Origin: Eledone cirrhosa
Lineage: Eukaryota
DNA: 64,000 bases
Direction: 5' to 3'
NCBI GenBank assembly: GCA_964016885.1
Contig: OZ024745.1
Location: 127,162,001 to 127,226,000 of the forward strand
Shown here: positions 59,385-64,000 of the stretch, in pieces
How positions within the stretch are numbered: the first letter of the stretch is position 1
Layout of the letters: each line of letters begins with the position of its first letter
Position numbers and translations under genes: made by a program
Notes under the pieces: generated by a model
The model's database searches: none
The model's input: only the letters and a program-made list of their open reading frames with translations
Told to the model about the DNA's origin: nothing

Positions 59385-59890
59385 GTAGGCAGTAAAAACA
59401 AATAACTGGTTTAATTAATATTTATGCAAAATGTGTTCGGAAGACGTATGTCTTGTTTTGGGTTTTTTTCTTTTACATAGCTTTGTATATTACCTCCTAT
59501 TTTTCTAACATTTCCCTCACATTCAGAGCAAAAGTGTTTAGAAATTTATATAAACAAGAATAACCTAAGTGTTAAAAGCTTCCATAAAAGCAGGGAATTA
59601 ACAGGCAAATAAAATCCTCCTCCACAATCCTTTTTCTCTCTTGGTTTCTCCTTTTCAATTTGACTTCCATTTTTTTTTTCACCGGTTTCGATAACACTGC
59701 AATGTAGTGACTCTACTAACTTTCATTTAACTATTCTCTAGGGCGGAGTTGTTAGAACATTGGACAGAATACTTTGCGGTATTCGTTTCTGTTCTGTGCT
59801 CTCGCATTTCAAATCCCGCCGAAGTAAACTTTCTCTTTCATCCATTTAAGGTCGATAAAAAAAGTACCAGTCAAGTACTGGGGTCGATTC

Positions 59891-59929
<39 letters not shown>

Positions 59930-60469
59930 CTCACTTCCTTTCTCTGACTCTCTGTATCCCTCTGTGGAAGAAATCTGCTAGAAAGACCTAGAGAGGAGAT
60001 TGGCTCTGACAGGTTTTTAAATGCCCAAGAAACGCCGTATATCAAGTCAGCGCTCCTATGACTCCAATACTAGATTATAGACTCATCGTTGGTATGACAT
60101 AAATGGTTATCCTTTCGATTGGTTGCCCTATTGGTAGCACTATTTGTAATTCATTTATTACCATTACCTTGACATTTTCTCCGTTGGTTTTTGTTATAAC
60201 TGTTTACAATTACGGGTGAATATGTTTGTTTAAAGAAAAAAATTACTGGTCTTAACCTTGGTCAAGATCAAAGCCATTTAGTCTCAATACGTTTTATTTA
60301 TTTATTTTTTTTTTTTTTCTTCAACACATTTTGTATAATCATCAGTTGCAGCAACTGAATCGTACCGTTATTGGTACAACTATACAACTTTTAAACACTG
60401 AAACTAATTTTACTCCATAAAGACATTTGTTACAAGTGCTTGACCATAAGGGTGTGAGATGGCCTAACC

Positions 60470-60768
60470 CAGTGGTTTCCAACTTTTTTTATACCACGGA
60501 CCTGTTCCATGTCGGACAATCTTTCTGCGGACCGGTAGTTGCATATATGTGTTATTTAAGTGCATTTCGATAAAGCGAGCAATAATAAAAAGAGTAATTT
60601 ATTAAAGTAGATGAATATTAATTATTTAAACAAATCTTTTTAAATTAAAGTCCAATATTCAATTTATCTATTATATAATTTTAAACAAGTTAATTATTTC
60701 TTTGCGGCCTGGTAGAAGATGATCCACGGACCGGTACAGGTCTGCGACCCGGTGGTTGGTGACCTCTG
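60470..60768. mobile_element. hAT (Charlie-like) MITE
   Basis: TIRs cagtggtttccaac / gttggtgacctctg; perfect 8-bp TSD GCCTAACC. Confidence 0.9.
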
Positions 60769-61623
60769 GCCTAACCGATAAAACGCTGGACAAAACCTGT
60801 ATTTTTATATTCCTTTACGTAGGTTTAAATCCCTTCGGAGTTAACTTTGGTTTTTCATTTTTCCGACATGGATAATATAAGCATTAGTGAATAACTGTTC
60901 GGCTACATGGGAGGTCTGTGTAACAAGTGATTTCATGAGCTTGACAGCTTACTTCAAAATATGAAAATGAAACAGTGTCCCAAAGGTATATTTCTTGGCA
61001 GTACTTTCTATGGTGAGACTTGTTATTGTGGAATGGTTAATGATAACCAGTATTACCATTACCCCTACCACCCCTATCACTATCACCTCCATCACTATCA
61101 CCTCCATGACTACCACCTCCATCGTCACCACCACTAGTAATAAGCACTACTAGTGGTAACCAGTATTACCATTACTGCCACTATCATAACTATCACCATT
61201 ACTACCACTACCATCACCATCACTACCACTACCATCACTACCACTACCATCACTACTACCTCCATCACTACCACTACCACTACCATCACTACCATCACTA
61301 CCACTACCATCACTACCACCACCATCACTACCACTACCATCACTACCACTACCATCACTACACTACCATCACTACCACTACCATCATTACTACCTCCATC
61401 ACTACCACTACCAGCATTACTACCTCCATCACTACCACTACCATCACTACCACTACCATCATTACTACCTCCATCACTACCACTACCAGCATTACTACCT
61501 CCATCACTACCACCACCATCACTACCACCCCCACCACTGGTACCACCACCATCACTACCACCCCCAACACACACCATACTAATCTTTCCTGCTAATCTTT
61601 TTCGCCTGATTTATGTATTTCAG

Positions 61624-61794
61624 AAATTTAAAGTAGTTCTGGATGGAGGTCGATTCGAAAAGGAGGGGCGGATTGCTCTGCTCATGCCTGGAGCTAAGAA
61701 ATACGGAGTGATCTGTGGTGATCATTGGAGTTACTTTGAAGCCTCTGTTGTCTGTAAACAGTTAGGATTTGGTTTGGTCAAGCAAGTTTTCCAG
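61624..61794 (+). CDS. Exon of same gene: N-terminal half of next SRCR domain
   Basis: tttcag acceptor, GTAATC donor, 171 nt, phase 0/0. KFKVVLDGGRFEKEGRIALLMPGAKKYGVICGDHWSYFEASVVCKQLGFGLVKQVFQ is a typical SRCR N-half; the CGDxW..EAxVVCxQLG form recalls the last SRCR of LOXL2-type proteins. Confidence 0.9.
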
Positions 61795-61798
61795 GTAA

Positions 61799-62413
61799 TC
61801 TATATATATATAAAACTGAAGATGTCTGTTTCTCTGTGTGTGTGTGTGTGTGTGTGTGTTTCTGTCAGTTTGAATCCCTAAAACTCGAGAAATACCCAAC
61901 CAATTTTTTTTCAAACTTTACATGTGCATTACTTATGTTTCAGGGTGTGTTATGCACATAAAAAATTCAATTTTTGATCCCCTAGGGCCCGCATTAGGTG
62001 CAAAATTGCGTTTTTTTTAGCTTTTCAGGGTTTTTTTAGGCGTTACGTCAGACCGTGAGCAAAGACAATCCAACTTTTTTATGGCCTAGGGCCCGCATTA
62101 GGTGAAGAACTTCATTTTTTCAGCTTTTTAGGGATTTTTTGAGGCGTTACGTCTAGCCGATTTTCCCGAAATTTCAAGGCATATTATGCACATAAAAAAT
62201 TTCATTTTCTTAATCCCCTAGGGCCCGCATTAGGTGAAAACCTGCATTTTTCCTGCTTGATCGAGGAAAATCTTAAAGATTATCCAGCCATCAGAGTATT
62301 CGGTTTATTTTCTTTACATATTGTCCAGGCATGCAGTTTTTCCACGATTAGGTCTGTTGGCGGCCCGCGTTCCAAAATAACTTATCCCGTGCAACACCGG
62401 GTACCACTTCTAG
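61799..62413 (+). mobile_element. Non-autonomous Helitron
   Basis: A|TC start, CTAG|T end, subterminal hairpin cccgtgcaacaccggg, no TSD, internal (TG)n and 3 subrepeats cctagggcccgcattaggtg. Confidence 0.85.
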
Positions 62414-62958
62414 TGTTAAATATAATTACAGACTAAAACATAGGAATGAATGTATGAATTTATGAGTCCATTTATCTGTGTGGAAATAGCATCAGAATAT
62501 ATAGGTTGAACATATTTGTAGAGTACTCTTGGGTCCTAAATGATAGGGTGGTTGGAATAAACGAGGGATGGAATATGTGGGGGTTGGAATACGCGGGGTG
62601 GAATAAACGGGGGGGTGGAATAAGCGGGGGGGGAATAAGCGGGGGGTGTTGGATAAGCAGGGTGGAACAAGCGGGGTGTGGAATAAGCGGGGGCGGAATA
62701 AGCAGGGGTGGAATAGGTGGGGGTTAGGAGTGTTGGAATAAGCGGGAGAGTTAGAATGTAGGGTAAATCTTGTAAATTTTGACTACTCCACTAATTCATA
62801 TATTTTGATGAACTCACATTAAGTGTTTGCCTTTCAAAATTATTTAACAATTGCACTTCTATTTGTAGCTAGAAATTGTAAACTATAATCTTGGCATACA
62901 ATATATTGAATTGTTAGTGGCTATGTTTTATAGCCACCTCTTCTCTGGTTATTGACCC

Positions 62959-63427
62959 CAGGGTTGGACTTAGACTTTAGGGGGCCCAGGGCACTTCAGG
63001 TTTTTTTTTGGGGGGGGGGGGGGGCTCTTACACAAAAAATTAGAATACACAGCAACCTCACCTCCCCCAAATTTTACATATCAAAATTAGCTTAGTGCAA
63101 GTACCGTATTTCCCGGCGCTGAAGACGCACCCTAATTTTGACAACCAAAAATTTGAAAAAAAAATAATAAACAACCTTTGGCCTCCAGGACGCATGGTAG
63201 ATTTTTTAGACTTATTTTAGGGGAAAAGTAGCGTCTTCGACGCCGGGAAATCCGGTAATTGGAATTGAAAAGTTAAACAAACTGATATTAAATTAAAAAA
63301 TTCTAACCATCCTAAAAATAAAAAGCCCAGCTGAGGGCACAAATAAATTGCTACAGACCATCGCAGTGCACCCATTGTCGAGGGTCGGGGAAATTTCCCC
63401 CTTTGCTCCTCATTCAATCCGACCCTG
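62959..63427. mobile_element. hAT MITE with nested pogo-like MITE (63104-63255)
   Basis: TIRs cagggttggactt / aatccgaccctg, TSD attgaccc/attgaatc; inner element ccgtatttcccggcg...cgccgggaaatccgg with TA flanks. Confidence 0.8.
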
Positions 63428-63550
63428 ATTGAATCCCAATCTCTAACCTTCTTTTGCTAATGTATTTTGATACAAGAAAAGTGTTTCCCCATAAGTAATG
63501 TTTGTTTATTTATTTATTTATTTTATCACTTCTGTTAACACGACTGACAG

Positions 63551-63707
63551 ACAAACTACTATGGTGGAAGTGAACTGGATAAAATATTTGCTCGTATTCG
63601 GTGCCATGGAAACGAAAGTCATCTAGCAGATTGCCAGACGTTTGAGTATTACAACCAAGTAAAGTGCAGCAATGCCAAATCTGTGGCGTCTCTCATTTGT
63701 ACAGATG
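63551..63707 (+). CDS. Exon of same gene: C-terminal half of SRCR domain (not in ORF track)
   Basis: ctgacag acceptor, gtaggt donor. In frame with previous exon: TNYYGGSELDKIFARIRCHGNESHLADCQTFEYYNQVKCSNAKSVASLICTD. Completes SRCR cysteine pattern. The lysyl-oxidase catalytic domain would lie beyond the window, so LOXL identity is inferred. Confidence 0.88.
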
Positions 63708-64000
63708 GTAGGTGAATTCTCCATAAAACTGCATCTTCTTTACACACATACTTACACATGCTCCAGCATGGCCTCAGCCGGATGGCTGGAACAGTTAAAA
63801 GAGTAAAAGAGTATACAGACATACATGCACACTCAGATATACATATGAATATACATATATATAACCTTCAAAACCCGACGTACCCAGGATTGTCAATATC
63901 GGTCGAGCGTCAGACACTATGCTTTGCGGCATAGAGTTACGGCCCTTTATAATCTGAGTTCAAATCCCACTGAGGTTAACTTTGTCTTACATCCTTACGG

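Noticed and set aside
61153-61623. Thr/Pro-rich N-terminal extension of the SRCR ORF
   Set aside because: Intronic triplet repeat upstream of a clear acceptor at 61621-61623.

Overview
Eukaryotic, microsatellite-saturated genomic DNA. The SINE families and repeat landscape suggest an octopod cephalopod (inference). The only host gene I can support is a + strand multi-exon SRCR-domain gene resembling invertebrate lysyl oxidase-like LOXL2. Its exons are 35004-35716, 61624-61794 and 63551-63707, with two possible frame-compensating microexons at 49467-49474 and 59378-59384. Everything else is intron filled with two tRNA-derived SINE families, decayed LINE ends (RTE, CR1, Ingi/Vingi, CRE, R4/Dong), hAT and Tc1/pogo MITEs, Helitrons and minisatellites. 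Nearly all long ORFs in the track are simple-repeat artefacts. The most notable signal is a set of at least 8-9 unrelated short non-coding elements that sit in (TA)n tracts. They carry type I hammerhead ribozyme motifs (8 with an intact core, 4 with one core change, several 3' halves) and are very often folded back into DNA palindromes. In one family the fold-back point is the ribozyme's own stem II. This resembles non-autonomous Penelope-like or retrozyme-like elements. All calls were made by eye; no search or folding program was run.
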